Origin: Camelus dromedarius
Lineage: Eukaryota
Direction of reading: 5' to 3'
NCBI RefSeq assembly: GCF_036321535.1
Contig: NC_087436.1
Coordinates: 46,626,001 to 46,690,000 of the forward strand
DNA length: 64,000 nucleotides
Below the pieces are notes generated by a model. That model did no database searches, was not told the origin of the DNA, and was given only the letters and a program-made list of their open reading frames with translations. Below, piece by piece: positions 1-12,773 of this stretch. Position 1 is the first letter of the stretch. The number at the start of each line of letters is the position of its first letter. A program made the position numbers and the translations under genes.

Positions 1-152
1 TGCTTAACTTTTTTCACACAGCTATTCAAGGGCTGAAACCCATATCCCCCTAACTAAACCACACTCTGAAATCCTTAATTCCCAACACAATGTCTGGTTT
101 TGGTTTGGATGAACTAATAAATTCCCCAATAGTCCCTCATACCAGTTATGCA

Positions 153-154
<2 letters not shown>

Positions 155-200
<46 letters not shown>
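155..200. repeat. (AT)23 microsatellite in an ETNPPL intron
   Basis: Perfect dinucleotide run read directly. Confidence 0.98.
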
Positions 201-205
<5 letters not shown>

Positions 206-361
206 GGAATTACATTCTCAATCCTAAATGAATAGAATCACGCTATATTCTAAATCTAAGGAACTAATCGCTTAGTGCCCTTAACAAGGGAAAATTTTAT
301 TAAAATTATATCTTTATTTATGTATAAGCCAAATTTCTCATAAATGAAGCAATACCACTAA

Positions 362-556
<195 letters not shown>

Positions 557-1114
557 TAGATTTACCATGGAGTTGTCGTGTAGTCATTTGTCCAAATGAA
601 AATTGATTATATTTTATCTTATAAACTGAATGTAGAAAACACTGAAAAGCGAAAAACAACCCTCATCTTTAATCCAGAACCCAGGTATCTATATCTAACC
701 CACCATTAAATTTGGGTATATATCTCTCCTGACTTTTATACTTTTTTGAAAAAATAAAGCCGGGATAATCTCAGCAGCTAAAGGATGAAAAGAAGGAACT
801 TAAAGTAACTCTAAATGATCTATGAAGAATTATTTAAAATGACATCTAAGAAAACTCGGTATTTTTCATATAAGTATACGTATAGACATTAGAGATTTAT
901 CATTACGAGTGTCCTGAGACGCTAAATAACATGACAATGTTGTTTTTAAGCCTTTTTCTTTTATAATTAACTGGAGAAAAAAATGGATGGAAAAACTAGC
1001 TTGATTCAAAAACTATAGGAAGTCCTGTAGACACTGGATTGGTACCTTGGATTAATTAGAATCAGTAACAATTAAGCTTTAAAGAGAATCACATTCAGCT
1101 TCAAATCAAACTGA

Positions 1115-1267
<153 letters not shown>

Positions 1268-1456
1268 TAAATGCACCCCTCACCTGTTTGGTATCTCATT
1301 TGGTATCTCGGCTTGAAAGATGCCCACCCACTTGAATGCTTCTTTTATTTCCTCTCATCTCCCCAAATAAGGAAAGTTTAAAAAGTTTGAGCAATTTGTA
1401 AATGTGGGCTTCTTGCATGCAAACACTAAACTGCTCTGCTGTTCACATCCTTCTGA

Positions 1457-1651
<195 letters not shown>

Positions 1652-2581
1652 TAAAGTAGAAGCTCCCCCGCCCCCTGCTGCCCAACCCTTACCCTGGTCA
1701 TGCACAGCAGTGTGTCTTGCTATTCGTGGCAGATGAAGGAGGGTGGAAATGAATGTGTACATTTATATTATTACGTATTTTCACTTTTTAAAAAAACCTG
1801 CCTGTCTTTATTGTGCTCTGCACCACAAATGCTGGCAGTGTAGTCCTTCAGCTTTGTATCATGAAAATATATGAAACATTATTAATAAAAATTATTGGCT
1901 GTGGGTTAACAGTTATTTGCTTTATGCTGAATCATTTGACTTTGTGTATATTTCACTTATTACAATTTAATTTTTGAAGACTTTTGTTTGTCATTCAGAA
2001 TTATAGCCTGTCATAGGAATTCATCTTTTGTTTACTTACATTAAATGATTAGGTTAATTTGTTTTTCTGTTATGAGCATAAATTGAGATTAGAAAGTAAA
2101 GTTAGCAATGTTTGTAAAACCATATTGAAAAAACATAAAGCTCTGTCAAATGTTAGAGTATTTTTGATGTTGCTTTAGTTATGTTTTTAAGATCCTACTT
2201 CTCTGCTCCTCTTCAGCCTCTTGGGGTTAGGAAAAGGCTGATAAGCCAGGAATCCATACAGCATACAACATAGATCATTAGTATTTGGAAACTTGAGAGT
2301 CAGCCCCAAGTTATTAGCAGTACCATCACTGTCTTTGGACCAAGAATACGCTCACACCCTAACCTGGCCAGTGTTCCTCACACACCTGTGTTTCCTCCGG
2401 TCCTGTGAAAGGCCAGGCGGAAGAGAGTATGGGTTGGTGCAAATCTGTCACTATTACTTAAAAATCATCTCAGAGCTTGAGCATTTTTAATGGTGGGACT
2501 GAATAACTTTTTTTGAATAAAGTGAGTGAAGCAGAGCTAACACAGCTTCAGCAATGATGAAACGCTACAATGAAAGTCTAA

Positions 2582-2688
2582 GGAAAGGCAGTATAGCTCA
2601 GTGATAGAGTGTGTGCTTAGCATGTGTGAGGTCCTGGGTTCAATCTGCAGTACCTCCAGTAAAAAAAATAAAAAATAAAAAAATAAAA
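2582..2688 (+). mobile_element. tRNA-Ala-derived SINE (camelid vic-1 type)
   Basis: GTATAGCTCAGTGATAGAG...CTTAGCATG...GGTCCTGGGTTCAATC...GTACCTCC followed by an A-rich tail. Confidence 0.9.
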
Positions 2689-2807
2689 GCCATCTCTACC
2701 ATTCATTTTTCAATTTTAAAAAATGTAATTCAATTAAGAATTTTTTTAAAGTTTAAAAGCAGCTATTTTAATAGTGACATTTTTAAAACACAGGTACCTC
2801 TCTATTC

Positions 2808-2935
2808 TTTTTTTAATAATAATTTTTTAAGTTTATTTATTTTTTAAATTTTTTTCAGTGGCAATACTGGAAATTGAACCCAGGACCTTGTTCGTGCTAA
2901 GCATGCATTCTACCACTGAGCTATACCCACCCCCC
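2808..2935 (-). mobile_element. tRNA-Ala-derived SINE (vic-1 type)
   Basis: Reverse copy with T-rich tail; TSD ctctattcttt / ctctgttcttt. Confidence 0.9.
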
Positions 2936-3039
2936 AACTCTGTTCTTTGTTAAGGGTATTCCTATAGTTACCAAAATGCTTTTTTTTTTTAAGATTTTTA
3001 TGTTTTTCTGTCTTACCCATTGTATCTTCCTTGATATAG

Positions 3040-3107
3040 GTTTAGAAGAAGCCATCAGAGATAAAACTGAGAGTGTGATCACTGAGAATACTCCATGCAG
3101 AACCAAG
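3040..3107 (+). CDS. ETNPPL: ETNPPL penultimate exon
   Basis: Acceptor cttccttgatatag and donor AAG|gtaaga. Translates to (G)LEEAIRDKTESVITENTPCRTK. 68 nt, in frame with both flanking exons. Confidence 0.93.
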
Positions 3108-3291
3108 GTAAGAGTCTGTTACTTAATATTTAGGGAGATGTTTAAAATTGGGGGAATTTAAGAAAAAAGAATGCAAATTTTTAAAAATTGTACAATGACC
3201 TTTAGAGTAAAACGCACCTTTGCTAGAGTTGACTTACTGTTGCAGTTTTGAGCGCAGAATTAAATTTCCAGGTAAGTGTCATACCACTTGA

Positions 3292-3430
3292 CAATCTGTT
3301 TTGTTGTTGTTGGGGATGGCGAGGTAATTAGTTTTATTTATTTATTTTTAGAGGAGGTACTGGGGATTGAACCCAGGACCTCAAGCATGCTAAGCATGTG
3401 CTCTACCACTGAGCTATATACCCTCCCCCC
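3292..3430 (-). mobile_element. tRNA-Ala-derived SINE (vic-1 type)
   Basis: Perfect 13-bp TSD tcataccacttga at 3279-3291 and 3431-3443. Confidence 0.93.
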
Positions 3431-4423
3431 TCATACCACTTGAAAGGAATAAAGCCGAAGGACCATTCGTACAGGATTATTCCCATACCAAAAAAACAAG
3501 AACAAAAAACTCCAAAACCAAATAAGACCCCTCAAGATTGCAAAGGGGGCCTTCAAAATATATAGAGAGACAATAGCAAATGTCCTGAGTTCCTTCCTGT
3601 GTGTCGGAGGGCCACCTGACCCTGCCTCGAAGTCTCACACACTGTCTTTAATCAGCAAAAGCATCGGCAGCATGGCTCCGGAACGCCAGAGTGTGGTGCT
3701 GAAGTGAAGTGAAGTATAAGCCCTGACTGGCAGCCGGGGCCTGGGAACTGTCTGGCACGGAGTGGCCTAGTTTCTGCATTTGATGTGCTTCCAGCAGAGG
3801 CTTCTCCATTCTCTCCCTGAGCTGCCCAGGGTGTGAGAAAACGCTCCCGGGGTCAGAAACTGCAAGGCAAAAACTTGAGAGGCTTTGTTGCATAATTTGT
3901 TATTTGTTTATGACTTCGATGCTTAAAGGAACACTCAGTGCCTCCAGCCCGCCTGCTCATCCAGTGTAGTCAACAGAGTCCCTTTCTTGATTGAAAAACT
4001 TTAGGCCCTTTGAAAGCAAATGATTTGCTAGCAGAATGCTTCTGTCTCTTGGTACAGCACAAACCAGTGCTAGAAATCAATTCCTGTCTGCTGTTCTCAG
4101 CATGACTTGTGGGGTCTAGCACGGAATCACAGCTGTCAGAACTGAGCAAGCATTAGACAAAGCTTACACAAAAGGGAGTTCATCACTGGAAGTCCCACTT
4201 TGGGGTTAGCAAAGTTAGCACATGTTTCTGAAATTTTGGCTTAGAGTCCCAGATTTTATGTTGACATCGCATTTCAGATTTCTATGGAAGATACTGGATG
4301 ATACCAATCAGGGTTGGGGAGGAACAGCTGACAGTGTTGTGCTGTGTTGTGTTGTGTTCTCCTGTGTGCCATGTCGCCTGTTGGCCTGGGGAGTCAGCCC
4401 TGTGGAAGCTGGCGGCTGGGTAG

Positions 4424-4597
<174 letters not shown>

Positions 4598-5030
4598 GAG
4601 GATGCAATGTGCAGAGACATAAATGAGCAGAGTTACAGAGAATGAATGGAAGGGTCCCTTCTGTTAATAGCTCTCTTGAACCCTCTAAAGGAAGAATTTG
4701 CATTCCACTCAGATGTGTAAATAAAAAGGTGAACGAGTAATAAGAATAACCCAAATGATAATCAAACCATGTCAAGATTATTAGTTCAGCCTCTAGCCTA
4801 ATTCCTGAGCTGAGATTCCTGAAAGTACTTTGTTTATTCTACTAAATTTCAGCGTCACATTGAATGTTGACTTAATGTTGGCAGTTTTACTTCTCATGTT
4901 TGAATGTAAAAAGCAAAGTACAGTAGGTTCCTGAACTTGGAAGAGTTAGTGCCATAAGATATGAATTCTTTAATGATTTAATTTATACATATTTATGGAC
5001 TGTAATAAAATAGAAGGTGATGTAAACCAA
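4598..5030 (+). other. ETNPPL: ETNPPL 3' UTR with candidate poly(A) signals AATAAA at 4720-4725 and 5004-5009
   Basis: Two AATAAA hexamers follow the stop codon. The distal one is preceded by clustered ATTTA motifs (~4976-4995) and overlaps a TGTA. The exact 3' end is inferred. Confidence 0.7.
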
Positions 5031-6068
5031 AAAAATTTTACTAGAAAAGTGTTTTCTCTTGCAGAGAATATTAGGGTTGGAGTGGCAAAATCAAAGCCAT
5101 TTGGGAAAAATCACATGCAGCAAATATGAAGAAGTGTGTGAATAATTTGGGCTTCTGTTGGGGAACGAGGTTACTCATGGTCCTGCAGGGACTGGGGCTG
5201 GGGGTGGGGGGAGGGAACAGGAATATACCCAGAAACACTCAAACATGCGGCTGGAGCAGCAGCAGGAGCCAAAGCACCGTTCAGTCAGGAGACCTGGGTT
5301 CTGGCTACTCAAGACGGTGTCGCCTTGCCAAGTCACTTACCATCTTCCTCTTCTCATCGAGTTGATCGCCTGTGCACCCCGCTCACACACACACAGATAC
5401 ACACATTTCTAGCCAGAGATTGGCAAAGGGAAGTGAGGAAGCCTGAACGGTACGAGCCTGTCATTAAACGTGCTGGTTCCACGAAACATCCACTTGGCGG
5501 AAGAAAGTGGAAGAAATTTGACTTTCTTGACTTTCCATTATCTCTGTTGCTCTCCTAATAGTTATTAAACTTTGTGTTTTGGTTTTTGTTCTGTAAAAAA
5601 AAGAAATAATTTTGCTGTGGCTGTTTCATTATAGCTGAGAAAGATGTTGGGAAGAAAATTAAACGTAAAAAGCTGTCTTTCTGAGTTTGTCATAAACTCA
5701 AAATGCCATCAAAAATGCAAGGTCTCTTTATTAACATGTAACTGACTGTGGATCCAAACTGGATAGCGCTGAGATTGGTACCCAGGAGCTGGCGAAGAGG
5801 AGAGAGTCTAGAGGTCTCTGTGGTTTGGTCCTAGGGAACAAGATAATTCCAAGACAGTCAGGCCTTTCGCCATGCCCCAGCTCAGCCCACCTGTGAGCGT
5901 TCCCCGGGGGGCTGCTCAGAAAGTGCCTGTCTCCTCTTACTGTTCATGACAGGAAGGAGAAGACCCAGAGCTGTGTTCTGAGTTCTCCAAGTATAAGGAA
6001 TAGAAAATGGAAAAGTAAGGCTTTCTCTTCAACGTACTTCACTCTTCTTCATTACATAAAAATTAGCG

Positions 6069-6252
6069 TTTTTTAAATTTTTAAAACTTTTATTGAAATG
6101 TGGTTGGTTTACTATGTTAGTTTCAGGTGTACAGCAAAGCGATTCAGTTCCCTGTGCTATACAGAAGGTCCTTGTTGGTTCCTCTATTTTAGATACAGTA
6201 GTGTATATCTGTCAATCCCAAACTCCTAATTCATCCCTCCCTCCCCTTTCCC
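6069..6252 (-). mobile_element. Truncated L1 3' end (artiodactyl type)
   Basis: TTCAGGTGTACAGCAAAG...CCCTGTGCTATACAG...CCCAAACTCCTAATT, the reverse of an L1 3' UTR, with a T-rich tail. Confidence 0.8.
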
Positions 6253-6377
6253 CAGAATTAGATTTTTACAATAAGAAGGAGAGAGAAATAAGTGACTCCT
6301 TCCTCAACACAACAGAGATGGCCTGTGTGTGAGGTTCCTGAGAGCTGCCTCATTTCTGTGGTGTCAAAATAAGAGGC

Positions 6378-6792
6378 TGTGTCAGTTTGGGTCCCCTGGA
6401 ACTCAAGATAGAGTCCCAAGATCCAGCTAACACCAAGGCAGAAGTGCCAGAGATGGATGGGGGGGTGATGCCTATGGAAGATAAAGGGCTCACCAGGACA
6501 CACTTCCGGCCTGACATCCGTGAAAGGAGAGGAACCAGAAAGGAGACTTGAGGAGGGAGAGCCACAGACGGAGGTGCAGCCCTGGGAAGTCCGCCAGCAG
6601 GTGGGGGAGCTCCGGTGCCGGGCCGGTCTGCAGGCGCAGGTGTGACTCGCTGGCTGGGAGCTCCCGGGGACGACGTACCCAGCTTCGGTGGATCTTGGAG
6701 TTGCCGTGGCTGGAGTCTGCCAGCCGACCGCCCTCCTCACCACAGGTTCCCACTTGAAGGGAGGGCTGAGCAGCCCACCCCAGGCCTGCCAC
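6378..6792 (-). mobile_element. ERVL LTR (LTR16-like)
   Basis: Starts TGTGTCAGTTTGGGTCCC and ends CCTGCCACA; internal blocks resemble the LTR16A consensus as I recall it. Confidence 0.7.
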
Positions 6793-7850
6793 AGCTCACG
6801 TAGGGTGCCGCGTGGATCCGCTTGCCCCCGTGTCGTGGGGAGACGCTCTTCGGTTCCCATGGCTCTCTCCTCTGAGTGAGGTTCATGGAGCAAACTCCGA
6901 CTCCTGTCACTTCAAAGAGTCTCAGGGCCACAACTGGTCCTCATCATCTCCCTCCTCTACTATGGGGGGGGGGCGGTAATTAGGTTTATTTATTCATGTT
7001 TCGAGGAAGTCCTGGGAATTGAACCCAAGATCTTGTGCGTGTTAAGGAGGCACTCTACCACTTGAGCTATATCCTCCCCACCCTCCCCTACTGTGGAAGT
7101 GCCGCTCACCTCAGCTCTGACTTCCGGCTGCCCTGGTAGTGGTGTGAGCCAAGCCCTCATTCCTAAGGAGTGTGAGCCCTGGCAGCCAGGCCCTCTTCAG
7201 GCCAGGGGTGAGGCTCTTGTCCGTTTACAGTTTCTATTACGCAAGGAGTACCACGGGACACCTAGCATAGCGTCTGAGTTCCACGCATGTTCCCGCCTCC
7301 CCTCCCCCACTGGGGAACAGCAGCCCTACCTCCTCCTGCTGACCATGATCTACTAACCCCGCCAGTACAGTGACCACCGGCTGCTTCCTAGACGCAGCGA
7401 GTCCAAGGTGCTCAGATGTCAGTTGTATCTTGTTTTTTAATAGGACTCCTGCTTTGTCCCTTGGCAAAACTGCACCCTTTGGGGCACCAGGGCCTGCAAC
7501 CCTGCAGATTTCGAAGTTGTGGGAATGGCAAGAACAAAATTCTCCACTAAGTGGTTGATGGCAATGGGGCCATTCCTGCTTTCACCCGTTAGATCCAGGA
7601 TCCTACTGGGACACAGTGCCTTGCAGAGGTCCCTGAATAGAACTGCATTCTGAAGGATGGCACCCTATTCTTGCAGAGTATTACCTCTGAGCTTCAGCTG
7701 CACCTTCTTTCAGAAAGGTATTCCAGGGCCCTATCAGAGTGGCAGCTTCCTCAGGGAGAGCAAGGAGAAAAGCTCTGTTTCCAAGATAAGACGTCAAGCT
7801 AAAGTAGAAGAGGAGAGAATTCAACACCATCTCCTAATTGCTCTGAAACA
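6793..7850 (-). mobile_element. Degenerate ERVL internal sequence (ERV3-16A3_I-like) adjoining the LTR, interrupted by a SINE
   Basis: Directly contiguous with the LTR and resembles ERVL internal 3' sequence; no intact ORF; right boundary approximate. Confidence 0.55.
6963..7080 (-). mobile_element. tRNA-Ala-derived SINE (vic-1 type)
   Basis: CCTGGGAATTGAACCCAAGA...GAGCTATATCCTCCCC; TSD cctcctctact / cctcccctact. Confidence 0.88.
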
Positions 7851-7869
7851 AGTGATCTACTCCTTGCTG

Positions 7870-9270
7870 AATCTAAATGTTGTTAGGTTTTATTCAGAGG
7901 TATTTGGTACATTTTGGTGCCACTGTAAACAGTATCTTTGTAAAAATTTTTATTTTCTAATTGTTCTTGGTGTTTAGAATTCAGTTGATTTTTGCATAAT
8001 TAACTGATTTCAGCAAACTAGCTAAACTCACTTGCAAATTCCACAAATTGTCAACTCTTTTGGATTTGTACACATATAATCATATCACCTGAGAATAGTG
8101 GCATTTATTTCTTTGTGATTTCTATATCTTTTGTTTTTTCTTTTTGTTTTACTCCATGGGCTAGGACATCTAATATAGGCATCACCAAAACTGATAGGAG
8201 CAGACACCCTTGTATTGTTGTGTCTCAAAGAGAAAGTGTTCAACATTTTACCGCTAAGCACGATATTTGCTGTAGACTGTGTGTGTGTCTGTGTGTGTGT
8301 GAATACCTTAATAAGATTAGGCATAATCTCTTCAGTTCCTGCTTTGCTACAAGTTTTTCTCATGAATGGACAATGGACCATGAATTTTACCAAAGGATGT
8401 TTGTATTTATTTAAATGATTATAAGATCTTCTCCTTTGTTCTGTCAATGTGAGGATTTTAATGATCTCTTTATTCTTTTTTAAGTATATGATCCCTTTCT
8501 TACTAACTGCCCATCAATGATTCCAGTCCTCTTTGAGGAGTTCCTTTCATTACGTATTTTTTTAAAGCCACTTTATCATTTGGATTTCATTGTTAATTTC
8601 CTCCACATCAATAGCCACTTTATATTTTGTTATATCATTTTTATTGTATTTTAAATATCTTCTATATAATTTCCCCCGTTTTTATTTTGAAAAATTTTAA
8701 ACTTTCAGGAGAGCTTCTCATAAGAGTACAAATTCCATGTATCCTTCACCTGGATTCACCAATTTTTAATATTTTGCCCCATTTACTTTTCTACCTATGT
8801 ACCTACACATGAACTTTTTGGCTTTGGCCAAGCCTTTTGAGCCATTTGGAACTTAATTGGTGACACTAAGGCAATTCATCCTAAATATTTTACTTTGCCT
8901 TTCCCCAAAACAAAGACATTCTCCTACAAATCAATGATCATATTAGGAACATTTGACATTAATTCATAACATTACCTAATCTACAATTTATATTCAAATT
9001 TTAAATTATGTCAGTAATGTCCCTAATAGCCTTTTTTAAATCTTCAGACGCCTATCCAGGATTCTGCATAGCATGTAGTTGTCACTGCTGCTTAGTCCCC
9101 TTAATCTAAACTATTTCCTTGTTTTTTTTTTCTTTTGTCACATTGATATTTTTGAAGAGTCCTACCAGTTGGACGTTTTGAAGAATGTCTCTCAATTTGA
9201 ATTTATATAATTTTCCTCATGATTAAATTCATGTTAAACATTTTTGGCAGGAAAATTACATAGGTGATAA
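7870..9270 (-). mobile_element. Old L1 fragments (ORF2 and 3' UTR remnants)
   Basis: Minus-strand ORF 8085-8447 has L1 ORF2-like remnants (TANIVLSGKMLNTFSLR); 8670-9270 resembles an L1MC/ME 3' UTR. Confidence 0.7.
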
Positions 9271-10699
9271 ATACAGATTTATTTTCAAATGTGAAACTAA
9301 CCTGAAATTAACTCAACTTGTTCATAATGAATTACTTTATATATAGAGATTATATATATAATATTCTATCCTATATATGTACTATATATTATATATATGC
9401 AAAAATCCTAAACAAAATTCTGGCAAACCAAGCCCGTATTCATTAAAATCCAACATTGCGATATTGATTGGGATTTTTATCCTCTTTCTGGTCAATGCAA
9501 AGACTTCAGAATATCTCTGTTTCATGTCTCCCTCTGAATGTTACTGTTTTGTATGTTAAGTCTATAATCTTAGGCATATAGATATAGCTTTATATACACA
9601 CTTTTTATTGCTTTTCATTTCTTCCTTCCATTTGGAATGATTTTCCTTTTTTCTTGAAAAACACCCTTTTAGTATTTTCTTTGGGGTGGGTGTTTGGTTC
9701 AGCTTCCTTGTTTGATGGATAAACTGAAGGCCATAGATGCTGAGTTACTGGATGAGGTGCCCACATCTTTAGAGGCAAAGCTGGGAGTGACACCAAGATA
9801 ACTCTGACTCCTGGGCCAGTGCTTTTTCCTCCACATCATTTATAAATGTTGGGGTCAGAGGCATAAAAGAGTAATCAATGACATAGATGGTTAAATCTGC
9901 TAGTGAAATGTTGTGAAATGAGTCATTTTGATAAATTGGCTTTGAACTACTAGCAAGCAAAAGCAAAACACAGTTTATCAGTCAGTGACAGACACAAAAA
10001 TATTAATTAGGAAAACCCACCCAAGTGATGCAGTAACAAATACACAATAATCCTACTAGGTAATATTGACCTGAATATCATGGGACATTGGCCACCAAAT
10101 GCTGGCTTATGCATCCTTGCTACTTTTTATACCAATAACAATATCATCTCTGAACTGAAATAAATTGCTACCCCGAGGAAAGTAGAAATCCAGAATGCAT
10201 TTTCCATCCCCTGGAGAGAAGAAAATTGCAATAATAACACAGGATTTGAAGTGGAAATGGGGCTGTGGGAGCAGAAAATACAGATTTAGAAAGCAAAAAC
10301 GATTTGCAGAGAGCCACAGTCCCCCAACATTTGTTCCTTCAGAACACCCTGAGGACTCCCTGGTTTTAAGCAGACCCCCTGATGCCTCACACATACTTAT
10401 ATTCTTCTTGCTGCAAAAAGAATTTAAAAGGTAGAAACAAAGAAGATTGAGAGATAGAACTAATCACTCGTTCCTTTCATCTATTCAATTATTTGCTTTT
10501 ATTCTTCACTAGTCCCAAAATGTTGCTCTGTGATATTCCTGAGATTCCTAACCTATGATATCTATCTTGGGATTTCCAATTTGTTTCTTTTTTTTTTTTT
10601 CCTTCCTGAACTGCTCCTTTATTTATACTTCTTTTCTAAAGGGTTTCAATTCTACAGATTGCTTTTATAGAAACACTAACTTCCCAGTGATCATCAGAC

Positions 10700-11600
10700 T
10701 CAATCACCTAGTCACTCCTGTTATTGCCCAATGGGGTAATGAAAAAAGTGGCCTTAGCAGCAGGAATGGAGGTTATGCATAGACTCAGCAACAAGGATTT
10801 CTACTCCCCAAGGTCAACCAGGCAGCAGCCACTCCTGAGTGCCCAGTGTGCTAACACTCCCATACAGCACCATTCCCCAGGGAATCAGCCAACTACCTCG
10901 TGACAGGTTGCTTCCGTTATATTGCTTTAATCATAGAAGGGGTAGTGCTTTGTTTTTACTGAAGGAGACAGTTACTCTGGATACAAATTTCCCTTTCCTG
11001 CCTGAAATGTTTCTACCATCATTTGTGGACCTACAGAATCATTTTCAACTGACGTGGTACCACATACTGCATCTATTCTGACTGAGGAACTCACTCCGCA
11101 GAACATGAAATGTGGAAGAGGGCCGGGGATCATAGCGCTCACAGGTCTTCCCACGTTCTCCGTCATCTGGAAGCAATTAGCTTACAAGAATGGTGTGTGG
11201 CCTCTGTAGAGCTGGAGAGATGCCCTCCAGAATGCAGTACATGATCTAAATTCACGACCAATATATGGTGCTCTTTCTCCCACAGCCAGGATTCACAGGG
11301 CTGGGGATCAAGGGCTGGAGAGGAAAGTGACTCCTCTCACTATTAAGCACAGTGACCCTCTAGAAAAAGTTTTGCTTGCTATCTCCACAACCTTAGGATC
11401 TGTTGGTCTAGAAGTTTTGGTTCTAAAGGGAATAAACCTTCCACGAGAAGACACAACAGTGATCCCTCCTAGAAATGGAGGTGCCACCTGGCCACTTTGG
11501 GCTCCCCCTTCTCTTCATGCCACTGAATCAACTGACAAAGAAGGCAGTTCCTTTAACTCATGGGAGCAATTGATCCTGATCAATATGGGGAAATAACGGT
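10700..11600 (+). mobile_element. Degenerate ERV-L internal fragment: integrase followed by dUTPase
   Basis: Frame remnants PVIAQW..EKSG...GGYA and ECPVC match the ERV-L integrase zinc-binding region. SDPLEKVLL...LGSVGLEVLV...LPREDTTVIP matches the start of the ERV-L dUTPase. Many stops and frameshifts. Confidence 0.85.
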
Positions 11601-11621
11601 ACTAAAAAAAAAAGTATTTAG

Positions 11622-12152
11622 TGTTGACTGAAAAAAAAAAAGCACAACTTAAAAGTTGAGAATTATGTTTTATTTGGCAGACATTCTGAGGACTTCAAGC
11701 CCCAAGACAACCTCTCAGATCACTCTAAGGGACTGCTCCAAGAGGTAAGAGGGAGCCAGGTAATAAAGGAGTTTGTGCAACAAAAGACCAGCTAGTTGGA
11801 ACATCAAAACATTACTGTTAATTAAAGAAAACCAGGTATCTCAAGGTAAGGAATTTAGCACTTTCCTATGTCTGGGAACATGCAAAAGTTTAGGCTCATT
11901 GAAATCATTTCTTTGATATGCACCTCAGCTATCTAGGGAGGGCCAGTATCCTGTGCTTTCCCATCCTTAGTCTCCTCAGGGTGCACCTTTGGGAGTGGCA
12001 GCACTGGCTGAGAGCTTGGTGGCAGGCATCCTGTTTCCATCCTGAGTTCCCTCAGGGCTCACTGACCACAATGTGGTCTGACCGGCCACAATGTGATAGC
12101 TTGATGACTGTAATATCCTTTGTTTACTGATACGGCAATATTTTTCATTAAC
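11622..12152 (-). mobile_element. ERV1-type solo LTR, MER41-like artiodactyl family
   Basis: TGTTGACTGAAAAA...AAAGTTGAGAATTATGTTTTATT...CTCTCAGAT...GGAACATCAAAA matches my recollection of MER41_BT-type LTRs. Confidence 0.75.
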
Positions 12153-12773
12153 CCCAGAAAGCAAAACAAGGTAATGATGAATACAGGAGGCTGGTGAGGG
12201 ATGACAAAGGATGGTTGGATAGGAGGTACCATGCGGTCAATTGTCATTTACTGTCAAAGTCCTAGCTTTTCATTTAAGGGTTATGTTTTCTGGTACTTAT
12301 TGCATTATTTAAATATATCAAATTAAATAACTGAGTGAAATAAAAGGCCATGCATGAGCCAAAGATGAGGCTATATTACAAACTTAGTGTTTCGTTAATT
12401 CAAATTTATACACGGTTACATAGAAATGTCTTAAATGGAAGAAAAGAGGGAAGGAAGGAAGGAAAGATAGACAGAAGGAAGAATCCACTAACACAAATCA
12501 TTGATCACGGTGCCTTAGCCCAATGCCTTATATACAGACGTGGGTGGGTGGTTGTGTGCCATCCCTTAATGCTTTGCCCCCTCATACCACTTCAGAAAGA
12601 TGGACATTGATCTCTATTAAAAATCTTTAGAATATATGAACTACTCAAGGTTTCAATCCATTCCTAGGACTGATAACCTCCAAAATTAAAATGTAGCAGG
12701 GAGAGTTTGCTCTTGTTTTGTATCCTGTACAAACAGAAAAAAGAATTAATCCTTTCATAACAGCAGTTAAAAC

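Noticed and set aside
6258..6893. 211-aa minus-strand ORF, the longest in the track
   Set aside because: It lies in a GC-rich LTR/ERVL remnant where stop codons are scarce, and has no recognisable domain.
11622..12152. Interferon-inducible (STAT1 GAS) enhancer in the MER41-like LTR
   Set aside because: I found no perfect TTCN3GAA in this copy by eye, only one-mismatch variants.
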